The notes under the pieces were generated by a model. That model had not been told where the DNA came from. It did no database searches and saw only the letters and a list, made by a program, of their open reading frames with translations. The position numbers and the translations under genes are program-made. Of a stretch of 64,000 nucleotides of DNA, positions 36,883 through 47,043 are shown in pieces (positions within the stretch are counted from its first letter, which is position 1; each line of letters begins with the position of its first letter). The DNA lies in the IMG/VR virus record IMGVR_UViG_3300038441_001119, positions 62,001 through 126,000 of that record; one strand, written 5' to 3'.

Positions 36883-37335
36883 TTATGGTTGGATTACGCG
36901 TGCTTTTGGACCGTAAACTCGTTCGATGTATTTGACACCGTCACGAGCAAGGTCGCGGTTGGTAATGATCAGATGACCATCTTCACCAATGGCAACCGCT
37001 TTGCGTTTCTTGAGTGCTTCGCGGGCACGTGCGGTTTCACGAGGAGAGTTCGAGTGCTTGAGGATAAGCTCATCAGGCGTGGTCGGATCTTCAATGGTTT
37101 CAGCTGCGTAAACTTCGAGGGCAACTTCGTGAACCTTTGCAGCTTTAGCGGCATCTTCCTGCGAGGGAGCTTCCAGTTGCTTAGCTGCTTCTGCTTGTAC
37201 CTGATCTAGCAGAGCTTGGATTTCGATATCTTCCTGAATACGCGCAGTAGCTTCTGCAATGATATCAAGTTCTGTAACCTTCTCAGCCTTTGGCTTTCGG
37301 GTACGCTTTTTCTTAGGGGTGCTGTCTTCGGACAT
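36883..37335 (-). CDS. hypothetical protein
   Basis: start MSEDS. Confidence 0.7.
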   Translation of the reverse strand: MSEDSTPKKKRTRKPKAEKVTELDIIAEATARIQEDIEIQALLDQVQAEAAKQLEAPSQEDAAKAAKVHEVALEVYAAETIEDPTTPDELILKHSNSPRETARAREALKKRKAVAIGEDGHLIITNRDLARDGVKYIERVYGPKARVIQP

Positions 37336-37366
37336 AGGCCGTGTATCGTTTATTTTTGGAAATGTG

Positions 37367-37846
37367 TCAACTATGTTTTTTACGCTTAGTGTCAGAGATT
37401 CCAAAAATCTCTTGTCCTATAACCATGAAGGCAGCCGGATCTTGAGGTTCCCCCACGAAATAGTGTGGGAGTTTCTTGGCTGATTTCCAGAACTCTGCGT
37501 AGTCCTCGTCGTCGATCTTAACGCTATGCGACTCAGCTTGTTTGTTACCCTGAGCGTCGATGATCTTGCTTGCCCTGATCTGCGGGTACTGCATACGTAC
37601 AGTTTCACTCTGACGCCATTTTTGCCAAATGCTGAACGCAAGCGGACCGGCATGGGACTCATTGTCCGCGTACACAAAAACACCATCGTATCCTTGCTCA
37701 GACGCAGACTCGTCAACGGGAAGTCGAACGTAGAATGGCAGCATTGCTCGTTCTACGGTAGTGCCTCCGCCTTTCATCCTAAACCTCGCCAGCTTACGTT
37801 TACACGCAGTGGCAGTCATTCCTTTAATCTCAATATTACCGGGCAT
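37367..37846 (-). CDS. hypothetical protein
   Basis: start MPGNI. Confidence 0.7.
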   Translation of the reverse strand: MPGNIEIKGMTATACKRKLARFRMKGGGTTVERAMLPFYVRLPVDESASEQGYDGVFVYADNESHAGPLAFSIWQKWRQSETVRMQYPQIRASKIIDAQGNKQAESHSVKIDDEDYAEFWKSAKKLPHYFVGEPQDPAAFMVIGQEIFGISDTKRKKHS

Positions 37847-37847
37847 A

Positions 37848-38816
37848 TTAGTCTTCCTTTTCTTTGTCGAAATAGTCCTCATCCTCATCATCGTCCACGT
37901 CGTTATCGCGGTCTTTCAGGATGGTGTCGATGATGCTGCTTCCAAAGTCTTCGTCATCATCATCCTCATCGTCTTCATCAAGTCCACCTCCTTGGACCAT
38001 AGCTTGGAACAATCCGAATGAGGCACGTTCGTCGTCTTCATCCTCATCAAAGTCCTGCGGTTGGGCAGCAGCAGCGTCCGTACGTGGGACAAAGTCCTGT
38101 GCAATGAAGTAAGATTCGAGCTTCTGGTCGGACAGAGCTGAGTTAAGCAGGACGTTTACGATATCCACAGGAATACCGTCTCCGTACTTGTGGTCCGCGT
38201 CTTCGTAAATCAGGCGGTCAAAGTCGAGAGTAAGCTTGGTGCCTTTAGGGAGCTTACCGTACTTACGCTGAAGAGTGACTTTCGTAGGGGTTCCTTGGTA
38301 GAAGTCAATCCGACCAGACGGTAGTAGGCTGATTCCACTGTTGTCGCCTTCATCACGCGAAAGGAAAGTCATGGACTGCACAATGGGTACGACTTCCTTG
38401 TTAAGGGTATCGAAAAGCAGTATAAAATAAAGTTTGGCGAGTTGTTTGGAAGCACAGCCCTTGACCAACACTCCATTGGCGGCAAGTTGCTCTTCTTCAA
38501 TGAACTCTTCCCCTTCTGGGATCAGTTCCGCAGATCCGTGGATGGTGAGACATCCCGGGGTAATGGAGATGTTATGCATGATGGTCTTGACGATCTCAAG
38601 ACGTGAGGTTTTCTTTCGTTCTAGGAAAGTCGCGATAGCCTCATTGGCGTAAAGATCAGGCAGTTCCTTTTCGACGATGGCTCTGAGAATATCGTTCTCA
38701 GGAAGTCCTTGATCGTCAATGGCAACTAAAAAAGAACTCAACGCTGGGACCAGTTCCGCGAGCTGTCGCATCGCGGGGTCTAGGAAGAGTTTGGAGGCAG
38801 GGTCGTTGCGTTTCAT
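37848..38816 (-). CDS. hypothetical protein with long acidic tail
   Basis: 322 aa, poly-D/E C-terminus. Confidence 0.75.
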   Translation of the reverse strand: MKRNDPASKLFLDPAMRQLAELVPALSSFLVAIDDQGLPENDILRAIVEKELPDLYANEAIATFLERKKTSRLEIVKTIMHNISITPGCLTIHGSAELIPEGEEFIEEEQLAANGVLVKGCASKQLAKLYFILLFDTLNKEVVPIVQSMTFLSRDEGDNSGISLLPSGRIDFYQGTPTKVTLQRKYGKLPKGTKLTLDFDRLIYEDADHKYGDGIPVDIVNVLLNSALSDQKLESYFIAQDFVPRTDAAAAQPQDFDEDEDDERASFGLFQAMVQGGGLDEDDEDDDDEDFGSSIIDTILKDRDNDVDDDEDEDYFDKEKED

Positions 38817-38862
38817 TTGCGTCGACCCTACCTCCTAGTCATTCTTTGTCAAAGGAAAAGTT

Positions 38863-39192
38863 TCAGATTCCTGCGAATTCTGTAATCTGATCCAGACGTT
38901 CCGTATCCCGCTCAGTGAGACCGACAATCGCGGTCCCTTTAAGCAGTCTGATAGGAATAGTTTCACGAACACCTTTCACTTCCACCACCAGCGTCGTACT
39001 ACCGACGAGAGTTGCTGGAAGGTCCGGAATGACCGCGTCAATTGGCGCGTCACCCGACATAATCTTCAACTTGCCATCCACCACTCGATACTCCGGTGAA
39101 GGAGCGGCTGACGAGGGAGGCGGCTGGGGCTTTTGTGGTTCTGCGTCCACGTGGAGCTTACCACCAACGATTTTATGGGATGGAGTCTTCAT
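38863..39192 (-). CDS. hypothetical protein
   Basis: 109 aa, internal (I/V)V(G/D)GKL repeat. Confidence 0.65.
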   Translation of the reverse strand: MKTPSHKIVGGKLHVDAEPQKPQPPPSSAAPSPEYRVVDGKLKIMSGDAPIDAVIPDLPATLVGSTTLVVEVKGVRETIPIRLLKGTAIVGLTERDTERLDQITEFAGI

Positions 39193-39322
39193 ACTGGCTT
39201 GGCTGTGTGTAACTTATATTGTTGCAAGTACTTGCGAGACCTGCTTTGCGTGCAACATACCGGGACTGATAATGAATGCCTTAGGGATATTAAAATATTC
39301 CCCTGCAGTAGTCTTGCAAGTA

Positions 39323-39358
39323 TTCACTATTATATAGCCCAGACATCATCGAAGTTGC
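39323..39358 (-). promoter_or_regulatory. bipartite promoter motif, copy 7
   Basis: GCAA-N14-GGGCTATATA-ATAG-TGAA, overlapping the end of 39330..39965. Confidence 0.55.
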
Positions 39359-39965
39359 CGGGTCTCAGAATGAACTTTCTGATCCGACCGATACCAGATC
39401 CGTATTCAACCATACGTCTGATGTTTTCCACAAGGGGAAGCTTGGGAAAAGTCTCAAACAGGTGAACAGAGGGATCCAGTGTGACGATATCCAGATGGAT
39501 GGCGGTGATCTCTTCCTTGTCGTCCAGCTCCACATGGATGTGCTTGCCCACTTTGACACGCGCAGGGGCGGAGCTATCCTCGAAGCGGGTGGTATCTCCG
39601 GTAATAGCCGCCCATCCAGCTGCACTCGGATTGTCGAGAGCCTTGATCAGGAACTCTTCATACTTGGTACCTATGGAGCGAGAGGAGGAATAGACATCCT
39701 CTTCATCGGCATCCATAAGGGCGGTGTTCTTACCCTCACGGGAGGAGTACCCGTTATCCGTAAAGTCAGGAACAGTTTCCCTAAGCAGAGTATAAGGGTC
39801 CTGCAGGCAGAGCTGCAAGGCCCGTAGATGCATCACCGGATAGGAATCTTCCGGAAACTGCAGAGTGTAATTTTTCACTACTCCACCTGATTTGACGTAG
39901 CCATTCAGCTGAAAGCTTTTATGGCTGGACTCAAGGTCGAGTAGTAGGTCTAGTGTTTTTTGCAT
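39330..39965 (-). CDS. hypothetical protein
   Basis: 211 aa. Confidence 0.7.
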   Translation of the reverse strand: MQKTLDLLLDLESSHKSFQLNGYVKSGGVVKNYTLQFPEDSYPVMHLRALQLCLQDPYTLLRETVPDFTDNGYSSREGKNTALMDADEEDVYSSSRSIGTKYEEFLIKALDNPSAAGWAAITGDTTRFEDSSAPARVKVGKHIHVELDDKEEITAIHLDIVTLDPSVHLFETFPKLPLVENIRRMVEYGSGIGRIRKFILRPGNFDDVWAI

Positions 39966-40149
39966 GTATGTGTGAACGCGGTTTAAATACGGCCTCGGTA
40001 ATCAATAAGACTAACCAGACCGCCAGAAATATAAGTGGGAGACTTGATGGTGGGGCACCTAGTACCATCATGAATAGATTGACTAAACTGATGACTACAA
40101 GACAGTAGCCAGCGGTTTTGCGTAGTGTTACCAAATGTCTGAATGTCAT
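39931..40149 (-). CDS. small membrane protein
   Basis: two TM-like segments. Confidence 0.55.
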   Translation of the reverse strand: MTFRHLVTLRKTAGYCLVVISLVNLFMMVLGAPPSSLPLIFLAVWLVLLITEAVFKPRSHIHAKNTRPTTRP

Positions 40150-40261
40150 GTTTTCTAGGGGTTGAATATTATCTGAAGTATAGCGGAAGCTGTTCGACTG
40201 CACGCATACACCTGCACACATACAGCGACAACTATGATGTACTTGATTATAGAGCGGGTAC

Positions 40262-40432
40262 TCAAGCCGTTGTGTAACCCATAATGATGACGATAAGGAT
40301 GACCGTAGTTACGGCACTCCATGCTCCTGCTCTAGTGGAGGACAACTGGAAAATGAGAGCCGATAAAAGAAGAGCACCTACAATGCTCATAATTGCCCAG
40401 TCCTTGTCGGTAAGTTGTATGTCAACTGTCAT
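40262..40432 (-). CDS. small membrane protein
   Basis: two TM-like segments; start MTVDI. Confidence 0.55.
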   Translation of the reverse strand: MTVDIQLTDKDWAIMSIVGALLLSALIFQLSSTRAGAWSAVTTVILIVIIMGYTTA

Positions 40433-40448
40433 AAAAAGGAAACCCGGG

Positions 40449-40943
40449 TTATCCCCGGGTCTTTTTGGTTTTCTTTTCTTGTGGTAGTCTTTTGTACCCT
40501 TTGCTTTCGAGTACACTTGCTATGGCTTCCAAGTCCCGCACCAGACGCGGAAGGTACAGCGGCTGCTTGTACTTATAGAGAAACATCTTGTGCTTCATCT
40601 TAAAGACAGCATCCTGCATACCCTTCGCGTCCACTACAGTATGCTTAGAAGTGATTGGAGAATCCTTGGCCTTACGTTTGGGACCAAAGATGAAGTCGCC
40701 TTTGTAGAGGATTTCCCTTCGCAGGACATTGTCAGTATCCCGGAAGGATTCTTGTAACAGGAACTTAGGTTGTAATTCGAACGTATCCCTGCCGAAATTA
40801 TCACGAAGAAACTTGTATACCTTCATTTCGTGCTTGGAGTCGAATACCACGCCATCTTCCGTACGAGCTTCCTTGGCAGACACGATAATGCGGCTGCCTC
40901 GTTTTTCTCTTCCGAAAGGATTGACTCCTGTTTCCTCTGACAT
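40449..40943 (-). CDS. DUF1064-like PD-(D/E)XK endonuclease
   Basis: DGVVFDSKHE, ELQPKFLLQ, YKGDF, VVDAKGM. Confidence 0.8.
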   Translation of the reverse strand: MSEETGVNPFGREKRGSRIIVSAKEARTEDGVVFDSKHEMKVYKFLRDNFGRDTFELQPKFLLQESFRDTDNVLRREILYKGDFIFGPKRKAKDSPITSKHTVVDAKGMQDAVFKMKHKMFLYKYKQPLYLPRLVRDLEAIASVLESKGYKRLPQEKKTKKTRG

Positions 40944-40974
40944 GTACGTCTACATACCAGTTACATGGAGAGTG

Positions 40975-41184
40975 TCAACTCTTTGTAGCAACTTCCAAAT
41001 CAGTTACCCCAATAATTTCTATTCCTAGGAGATTACCTTTGTTGTCAGCATCTACGACAACCGTAACGCCGTCTACAGAGGTGAACGACTTGGACATACG
41101 CACACCTTCGTAACCTTCGGCAACATGCATATAGATCATGCCGCCTTGCTTGGGGCTTATTTCTACTTTCAGTTTTTTGGCCAT
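40975..41184 (-). CDS. DUF2283-like small protein
   Basis: MIYM..VVDADNKGNLLGIEII. Confidence 0.6.
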   Translation of the reverse strand: MAKKLKVEISPKQGGMIYMHVAEGYEGVRMSKSFTSVDGVTVVVDADNKGNLLGIEIIGVTDLEVATKS

Positions 41185-41693
41185 GTGTTATAGGGATGAT
41201 TAACTAAATAGGCATTGGAGTAGCGGATATCTTCGGATACTTCAACAGTGGTCCATGAAGGGATTTCGATATCCTCGTCTTCGGATTCCAGCTCCACCTC
41301 GACCAGTTTGAGTTGTGAGTTCTCGTCCTCGAAAACATCAAGCTCCCAGACCTTACCCCCGAAAGGGATACGCAGTCTCTTTTTGCTGAGACATTTGACC
41401 TTAGGATCTACCAGTAGCTGCTCGGCCTTTTCGATAGGGATTTCCGTTTCGATTTCTTCGCGAGTGATCTTGGAGTCGGTGGGAGTCTTGATCGTCAGCA
41501 CAGACTTTGTGTCGTTTTCAACACGGACCCTTACGGTGACATTGGAGGTACCAGTATTGATGTAACCCTGCCTGATGTTTGTGAAATCCTTCAGCATAAC
41601 CTTGGGACGCATATTGTCCTCCAGCCAGCTTGCGAGTGCGTCCTCATCTACGAGGAACTTTCTTTCGATTTCTTTTTTGCTAATGGTGCTCAT
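41169..41693 (-). CDS. CYTH-domain protein (triphosphate tunnel metalloenzyme)
   Basis: EIERKFLV, IRQGYI, VRVR, LTIK, REEIE, WELDVF, EVELESE, RYSNAYL. Confidence 0.9.
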   Translation of the reverse strand: MSTISKKEIERKFLVDEDALASWLEDNMRPKVMLKDFTNIRQGYINTGTSNVTVRVRVENDTKSVLTIKTPTDSKITREEIETEIPIEKAEQLLVDPKVKCLSKKRLRIPFGGKVWELDVFEDENSQLKLVEVELESEDEDIEIPSWTTVEVSEDIRYSNAYLVNHPYNTWPKN

Positions 41694-41701
41694 AGGGGTA
41701 T

Positions 41702-41747
41702 AAAAGAAAACCTCCCCAATTACGCATTGTTAAGAGGCGGGGGAGGT
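41702..41747 (-). terminator. intrinsic terminator
   Basis: ACCTCCCC/GGGGAGGT stem + U tract. Confidence 0.55.
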
Positions 41748-41769
41748 ATGATTGAAGTTGTAAGTTAGT

Positions 41770-43068
41770 TTACAGTTTCTTGTCAAACATCTGATCTATT
41801 TCGTCAGTGGTTTGACCGTGAACCTGTTTGGCAGGAGTTTTTTGCATCTCCTTGCCGATGAGGAATTCCATCAGCTTGTGAGGGGAGAATTCATTGAATC
41901 CATCCTCGTCTGAAAGGGGTTCCTTGTCTTCCGCATCATCCTCGTCGTCGTCACCAAGTACTCCGTTGAGGGTGGAATGCATATCGCTTGCTCCAATGGC
42001 AGCAGCGATTTTAAGAAGCGCAACCTTGTCGGTCTCAGGCAGTTCAGCAGCAACCTTCACATAGGTAGGGCAGCTGTCTGCGTATTCTGCCGCTGCGATC
42101 TGAGCGGTAATAGGGAGCAGGACATCACTCTTACTAAGAAGACAGACGGACATCTTGCGAGCCGCTGGAGTGATCTCTTGATCCGAAGCACCCTTGATCA
42201 AATCGAACGCAGTACCAACACCAAGGTTAGCGACGTTGTCCTCAATCTCGGAAATGCGACCTTCAGCAACAGCATATACAAGGTCAGGAAGGAATGAAGC
42301 AGACTTAGCCATTCCCAATACTATATCACACAGAATGACTACCCCTTGCCTGAGGTCTTCTTCAGTAGTGGTAAAGTCCACCTCAGAGGCGTACTTGGTA
42401 GTCTCCTCTTCTTGTGGGGCTGGTTTGCCAATAGCGATAGGGTTCTCCTGATCGATTGGACGCCCGTCACGGGTGTAGCGAACGCGAAGGGATTTAGGCT
42501 TACCGAGAGCATCTCCCAGTTTAGTGGCCTTGCTTCCCGGAAAGTAATGATTAAGGGCCTTGTTGGTCACGACGCCAGACGCAATGCCAGCGAGCAAGGT
42601 GAGGGCAACAGGCGAAGAGGTAAGTAGTTCCGGAACACTAACAGGTTTACGGGAAGCATCAACAGCGGCAGCAGTCTTAACAGCCCCGGGTTCGTTGACG
42701 AGCTTGTCCCAGTAGACTTTCTGCGCGTCGTCGAGATCAGACTGAAGGCTTTTCTTCTTAACTTTCTGGTACAGTTTGCGACCCAGCATGTATGCAGCCA
42801 GAGCAGAAGTGATACCAGTAGCTGCAGCAGCTCCAGTACCAATAACAGAAGCTTGTTTGTCCAGAGGAACGTCAACGTACATCACATTGTCGTCATAACC
42901 AGTATCCTTCTCCCGGTCAGCTTTCTGCTTGAGGTATTGGATATAGTTCATTGCTGACGTGAGGGCAGCAACACCAAGACCGGCAGTAGCACCGGCGCCA
43001 GCAAAGGTTTTCACCAAATGCTTGGTACGAGGAGAGAATGCGCTATTAGTAGGAGCAGGAGCGGTCAT
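41770..43068 (-). CDS. putative virion (internal head) protein
   Basis: Gly/Ala-rich hydrophobic helices separated by KxA[SA] motifs; in portal cluster. Confidence 0.55.
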   Translation of the reverse strand: MTAPAPTNSAFSPRTKHLVKTFAGAGATAGLGVAALTSAMNYIQYLKQKADREKDTGYDDNVMYVDVPLDKQASVIGTGAAAATGITSALAAYMLGRKLYQKVKKKSLQSDLDDAQKVYWDKLVNEPGAVKTAAAVDASRKPVSVPELLTSSPVALTLLAGIASGVVTNKALNHYFPGSKATKLGDALGKPKSLRVRYTRDGRPIDQENPIAIGKPAPQEEETTKYASEVDFTTTEEDLRQGVVILCDIVLGMAKSASFLPDLVYAVAEGRISEIEDNVANLGVGTAFDLIKGASDQEITPAARKMSVCLLSKSDVLLPITAQIAAAEYADSCPTYVKVAAELPETDKVALLKIAAAIGASDMHSTLNGVLGDDDEDDAEDKEPLSDEDGFNEFSPHKLMEFLIGKEMQKTPAKQVHGQTTDEIDQMFDKKL

Positions 43069-43070
43069 GG

Positions 43071-43568
43071 TTAAAGTACATTAAACTTTTTGTACTGAAT
43101 AGACTGATATTGGAATAATACCTTGAAAGTCCCTTCAACGGTAGAAAATTCTGTCTTGTTGCGTAGGACTCGGATGCTAGGGGAACCGAGAGGCAACGTA
43201 AGGCTCATCAACCTGTCATACTCTTCCTGATGTTCCTGTTTGCACAGATCGAACACACGGGTATGGATCGACCCAAACTTAAGTGTGTCAGGCGCGGATA
43301 GAGCTTGGTCAGGGATGGAAGGCTTATCGTCAAAACGATCTGGCACCTTAGGAAGCACAGGAGCCGTAGCTTCCGATGGGCCTTTCGGTTCTTCCTCCTC
43401 TGGTTCAGGCGTCGGGATTGTTACACCACCTGCGGCTTCAAACTCACCTTGTTCCGCAGCAGCACCGGGGATGTAGTCCTCGTACTTGGCATCCTCCAAC
43501 TCATCAACTTCAACCGAGAAATCCTTTTCGTTATCCTCGTCGAAGGGAATCACATTATCATCTGACAT
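43071..43568 (-). CDS. acidic hypothetical protein
   Basis: 165 aa in portal cluster. Confidence 0.7.
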   Translation of the reverse strand: MSDDNVIPFDEDNEKDFSVEVDELEDAKYEDYIPGAAAEQGEFEAAGGVTIPTPEPEEEEPKGPSEATAPVLPKVPDRFDDKPSIPDQALSAPDTLKFGSIHTRVFDLCKQEHQEEYDRLMSLTLPLGSPSIRVLRNKTEFSTVEGTFKVLFQYQSIQYKKFNVL

Positions 43569-43570
43569 GC

Positions 43571-44206
43571 TTAGTAAGATGCAGCAAAACTCTTAACATC
43601 CGCAAGAGATTTATGCCGCTTGTTGCGCATATCTTCTTCCAGCAGTTTCCGCATACGGTCGTATTCAGAGATCTTCGTCTTGAGCTTCTCGTTCTCGATG
43701 TCGTCGTCTTCGTTGATCTGACGATTCATACCCCAGTAAAGACCTCCACCAACTGCACCAGTGGTTACACCGGCAGCTACGAGGGCTTTCATGAGGGAAG
43801 GGGAGTAAGTGACAGCACGGCCTGCAAGACCCGTAGCAAGCCCCTGTAGGCCCGGAGCGGCGCTCTTCTCAAATGAAGCGTCATGCTCTGCCATGCGGGC
43901 TTCTTCCGCTGCGACAATACGGCTAAAGTGGGGATCCAGAAGTTCAACCATTTCCTCGGACCAGTCGGTCTGCGAAGCGAGTTTCTTCATAAGGAAGTAC
44001 TCTTGGCTAACACCTTCACTCTTGAGAAGGCTTTCCGCAATACCGTTGGCACAGCTACGATACAAACCTACAGCAGCCTCTTTGATCATAGGATCCTTGG
44101 ACTCCACATTGAAGGCTTCCATTTCACCTAGAGTAACAAGAGGATCACGCCCAAGAGCGACAAGGCCGATGGTTTTACCGATTTCTCTGAACGATTGTGT
44201 ATTCAT
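43571..44206 (-). CDS. putative virion protein
   Basis: KEAA/KLAS/KSAA motifs, glycine-zipper helix. Confidence 0.55.
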   Translation of the reverse strand: MNTQSFREIGKTIGLVALGRDPLVTLGEMEAFNVESKDPMIKEAAVGLYRSCANGIAESLLKSEGVSQEYFLMKKLASQTDWSEEMVELLDPHFSRIVAAEEARMAEHDASFEKSAAPGLQGLATGLAGRAVTYSPSLMKALVAAGVTTGAVGGGLYWGMNRQINEDDDIENEKLKTKISEYDRMRKLLEEDMRNKRHKSLADVKSFAASY

Positions 44207-44982
44207 TAGTATGGACGGACGTACTGTCCGAAAGCGTTAACTTTTGATTGATTGGAATTGTAGCCAACGACGCCACCTATGATAGCACCCGCCAAGGGCA
44301 TAAGCAAACCTTTTGCAGACAGGAACCTACCCACAGCAGCACCCAGAGCAGCACCGATGAGACCGCTTACTCCGCGAGACAAACTGTTGGCTTCGCTATT
44401 GGACAAACGACGAACACCTGCGATGAGAGCCTGCTTCTCAGTGATAGACAAAGAGCCATTACGCTCGATGTCACGGATAAGATCGTAGGCACTACCGGAC
44501 TTGGTCATCTGGTTGCGTTGATAGTGATTATAAGCAAGAGCACCTCCACCCACAAGAGCGCCCAGTAGTCCTGCTTTCCAGTTACCACCTTCTTCAGCTT
44601 TATTGCCTGCATAGGCTGCCAGAGAGTTATTGGAGTACTGTTTGCTCTTCAGGTACTGGTTAAGGAGAGCACCCCCAATCAGCCCTACACCTGCTCCGAG
44701 CGCAATAGGTTTAGCATAACCAGAGTCCATGGTGGTGTCGAAACCACGCAGCATGTTACCAAACTGCGGTCGAACCATGTCCCCAATTTTAGTACCCCAC
44801 GAATTCTTATTAGCATCAAAGCGATCATAGGAATCGCGTGCTGCGCTATAAGGATTGGCTTGCTGATAATTGCGATCAAACGTCGCAGCAAACTGTTTGT
44901 CTGTCAGACTGTTGTAGACATCTGGCGGAATATCAGTTTGCCCAACCATCTGTGAGCGCATTTGTGGGGTATACTGCTGCAT
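44206..44982 (-). CDS. putative virion protein with glycine-zipper helices
   Basis: GAGVGLIGG, GLLGALVGGG, GLIGAALGAAVG. Confidence 0.55.
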   Translation of the reverse strand: MQQYTPQMRSQMVGQTDIPPDVYNSLTDKQFAATFDRNYQQANPYSAARDSYDRFDANKNSWGTKIGDMVRPQFGNMLRGFDTTMDSGYAKPIALGAGVGLIGGALLNQYLKSKQYSNNSLAAYAGNKAEEGGNWKAGLLGALVGGGALAYNHYQRNQMTKSGSAYDLIRDIERNGSLSITEKQALIAGVRRLSNSEANSLSRGVSGLIGAALGAAVGRFLSAKGLLMPLAGAIIGGVVGYNSNQSKVNAFGQYVRPY

Positions 44983-45188
44983 TAGTACGTCTGACGGTAT
45001 TGATCAGAGTCTACCTCAGATCCGTGTCCAGTACCAGCAATTACGTTGTCTCCGGTCCAGCCGGGGTCCTTGGGAGGATCAGGCTGAGGACCGTTCTTAC
45101 CGTTTTCCGATATACCGCCAATCTTGTCCCCTTCGATGCCGAGGACCTTCTTGCGGATCTCTTTGATTTGATGAATGCGAGGGTTCAT
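44982..45188 (-). CDS. small hypothetical protein (start MNPRI)
   Basis: TAATG coupling to portal stop. Confidence 0.55.
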   Translation of the reverse strand: MNPRIHQIKEIRKKVLGIEGDKIGGISENGKNGPQPDPPKDPGWTGDNVIAGTGHGSEVDSDQYRQTY

Positions 45189-47038
45189 TATTGTTGAGGA
45201 GGTGCGCCAGCGCCACCTTGTGCGGCGATCTGACCAGCTTGTTGTCTGCCCATGGACTCGCCTTGAGAACGATACTTCTCCATGAGTTGTTTCGCAAGAG
45301 CATGGATGTTCGGCTTGGTTGCCTCGACATTCGCCATATCCTTCTGGCGCTCGCCTTCTTCCATATTGAGCCACTTCTGCGCGAGTTGATCGGCTTCCTG
45401 CCATTGCTGATCGGGAGTACCTCCACCGCCTGCAGCACCAGCTTGACCCGGAGCACCTGCCCCAGCAGCTCCGACAGCCTGACCGAGACTTGCAGCTTCC
45501 TGTTGCTTCTGAAGCTCGGCTTGAGCCTCCTGAGCAGCAAGGTTGAACTCGGTGTCTTCTTGGAGACGCTGACGGTAGGCTTGGACGGGGTCCTTGATAC
45601 CGAGAGATTTGAGGAAGTGCTCGCGTGGAAATTCTCCACCAGCCATAAGCTGCATCTCGATGTTCCGTTTTTCGACATCGTCTGCAATGGTTGGGGTTTG
45701 CATTTCGATCTCCATAGGAGGAAGACCAAGGAAGTCACGGGTACGGTTGGTCACCCATTTAACGAACTTGTTGAAGTTATGATAAACGAAATGGAAGGAC
45801 CGCTCGAAGACACGGACTGCGATGGGGAAATTTTGATACTGCAGCGTACCATGGAACAGCTCAGCAGGGTAACCCACAGAGTTGAGGATGGTATTCATCT
45901 GCAGCTCCATGAGATCTTTAGGAACTAGCTCCTTACCGTTACCGGAAAGCTCGCTGTAGTTCGTCTGGAAAGGAATAGCGAACACACTGTCCTGCTCCTC
46001 GCGCCACTTATGGACAACACCTTTCATGTGCTGCATCCACTGTGCGGAGTTCTGCATGAACATAGGGTCAATGTCACCTCCCGAACCAGAACCAAAGCCG
46101 GGGGAAACAAGACGCAACGGAACCATGTAGTCACGAGCGAGCGTTTCGTCGATCTTACGGTAGACTTGGAGTTGGTGTAGCTCCCGATAATGGGCAATAG
46201 GATTTGGAATACCAAGTCCCTTCTTGGAGATACCAGTAATCGATGGTCGGGTGAACATAAAGACGTGACCTTCGTTGAAACGGAAGTCGCCTTTCTCTGC
46301 AATCACCTGCAGCATCTTCTTATGAGTCTGGTTGATCTCGAAGATGTCGTTATTTTGGATCGCTTGTTTGAACTCAGGATCGAATTGATAAACAACTTCG
46401 GTCTTCTTGGACATGGTTCCATAGTTGACCCGGCAGTAACGCGGATCAAGCATCACAAGCGAGATACCTTTCTTATCCTTGGAGAACTTGTCGATGAATT
46501 CGAACTCGACGGTATCAGCTTCCTTCCAAGAGCGACCTTGCGCCACCTGCTTTGGATCAGGAGCGGTAAAGGTGCATTTCTGCCAGTTGTATTTGAGCAG
46601 CTCGCGAGGAATGATACTGATGTTGTAATACTTCGGCTTACCGGGGACGCGAACATCCTTGAGGTACCGATGGAATGGGAAGTTAATACGAACAAAGCCA
46701 ACACCGTATGCTGACCAGTCGTCTCCCAAGTTTTGTTGTGTCTGGAAAATATCCAGATCATCCACTAGAAACTGACGCCATTCGTCCTGCTCTTCTGGAG
46801 AGCCTTTTTTACCAATGAAACCAACGTCCGTGATAAAGTGAGAGATGACCCGACGAGACGCTTCAGCGTACTGTCCCGTCAGGTTGTAAAGGTAAGCGCA
46901 GAAATCCAACGACGATCTATAGTCTGTCGGGAATGTCTCATTACTGTAGAGTAGGAACGGGTTGGTATGACCCTTCCCACCGCTACGAGGGGAGCTAAAC
47001 TGCTTGTTATTCCCGATAGGGATCGCATTGGAATTCAT
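45188..47038 (-). CDS. putative portal protein
   Basis: 616 aa, portal-like size and layout (GDDWSAYGVGFV, helical stem regions, Gln/Ala-rich tail), next to virion-type genes; inferred, not searched. Confidence 0.55.
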   Translation of the reverse strand: MNSNAIPIGNNKQFSSPRSGGKGHTNPFLLYSNETFPTDYRSSLDFCAYLYNLTGQYAEASRRVISHFITDVGFIGKKGSPEEQDEWRQFLVDDLDIFQTQQNLGDDWSAYGVGFVRINFPFHRYLKDVRVPGKPKYYNISIIPRELLKYNWQKCTFTAPDPKQVAQGRSWKEADTVEFEFIDKFSKDKKGISLVMLDPRYCRVNYGTMSKKTEVVYQFDPEFKQAIQNNDIFEINQTHKKMLQVIAEKGDFRFNEGHVFMFTRPSITGISKKGLGIPNPIAHYRELHQLQVYRKIDETLARDYMVPLRLVSPGFGSGSGGDIDPMFMQNSAQWMQHMKGVVHKWREEQDSVFAIPFQTNYSELSGNGKELVPKDLMELQMNTILNSVGYPAELFHGTLQYQNFPIAVRVFERSFHFVYHNFNKFVKWVTNRTRDFLGLPPMEIEMQTPTIADDVEKRNIEMQLMAGGEFPREHFLKSLGIKDPVQAYRQRLQEDTEFNLAAQEAQAELQKQQEAASLGQAVGAAGAGAPGQAGAAGGGGTPDQQWQEADQLAQKWLNMEEGERQKDMANVEATKPNIHALAKQLMEKYRSQGESMGRQQAGQIAAQGGAGAPPQQ

Positions 47039-47043
47039 TTAAT

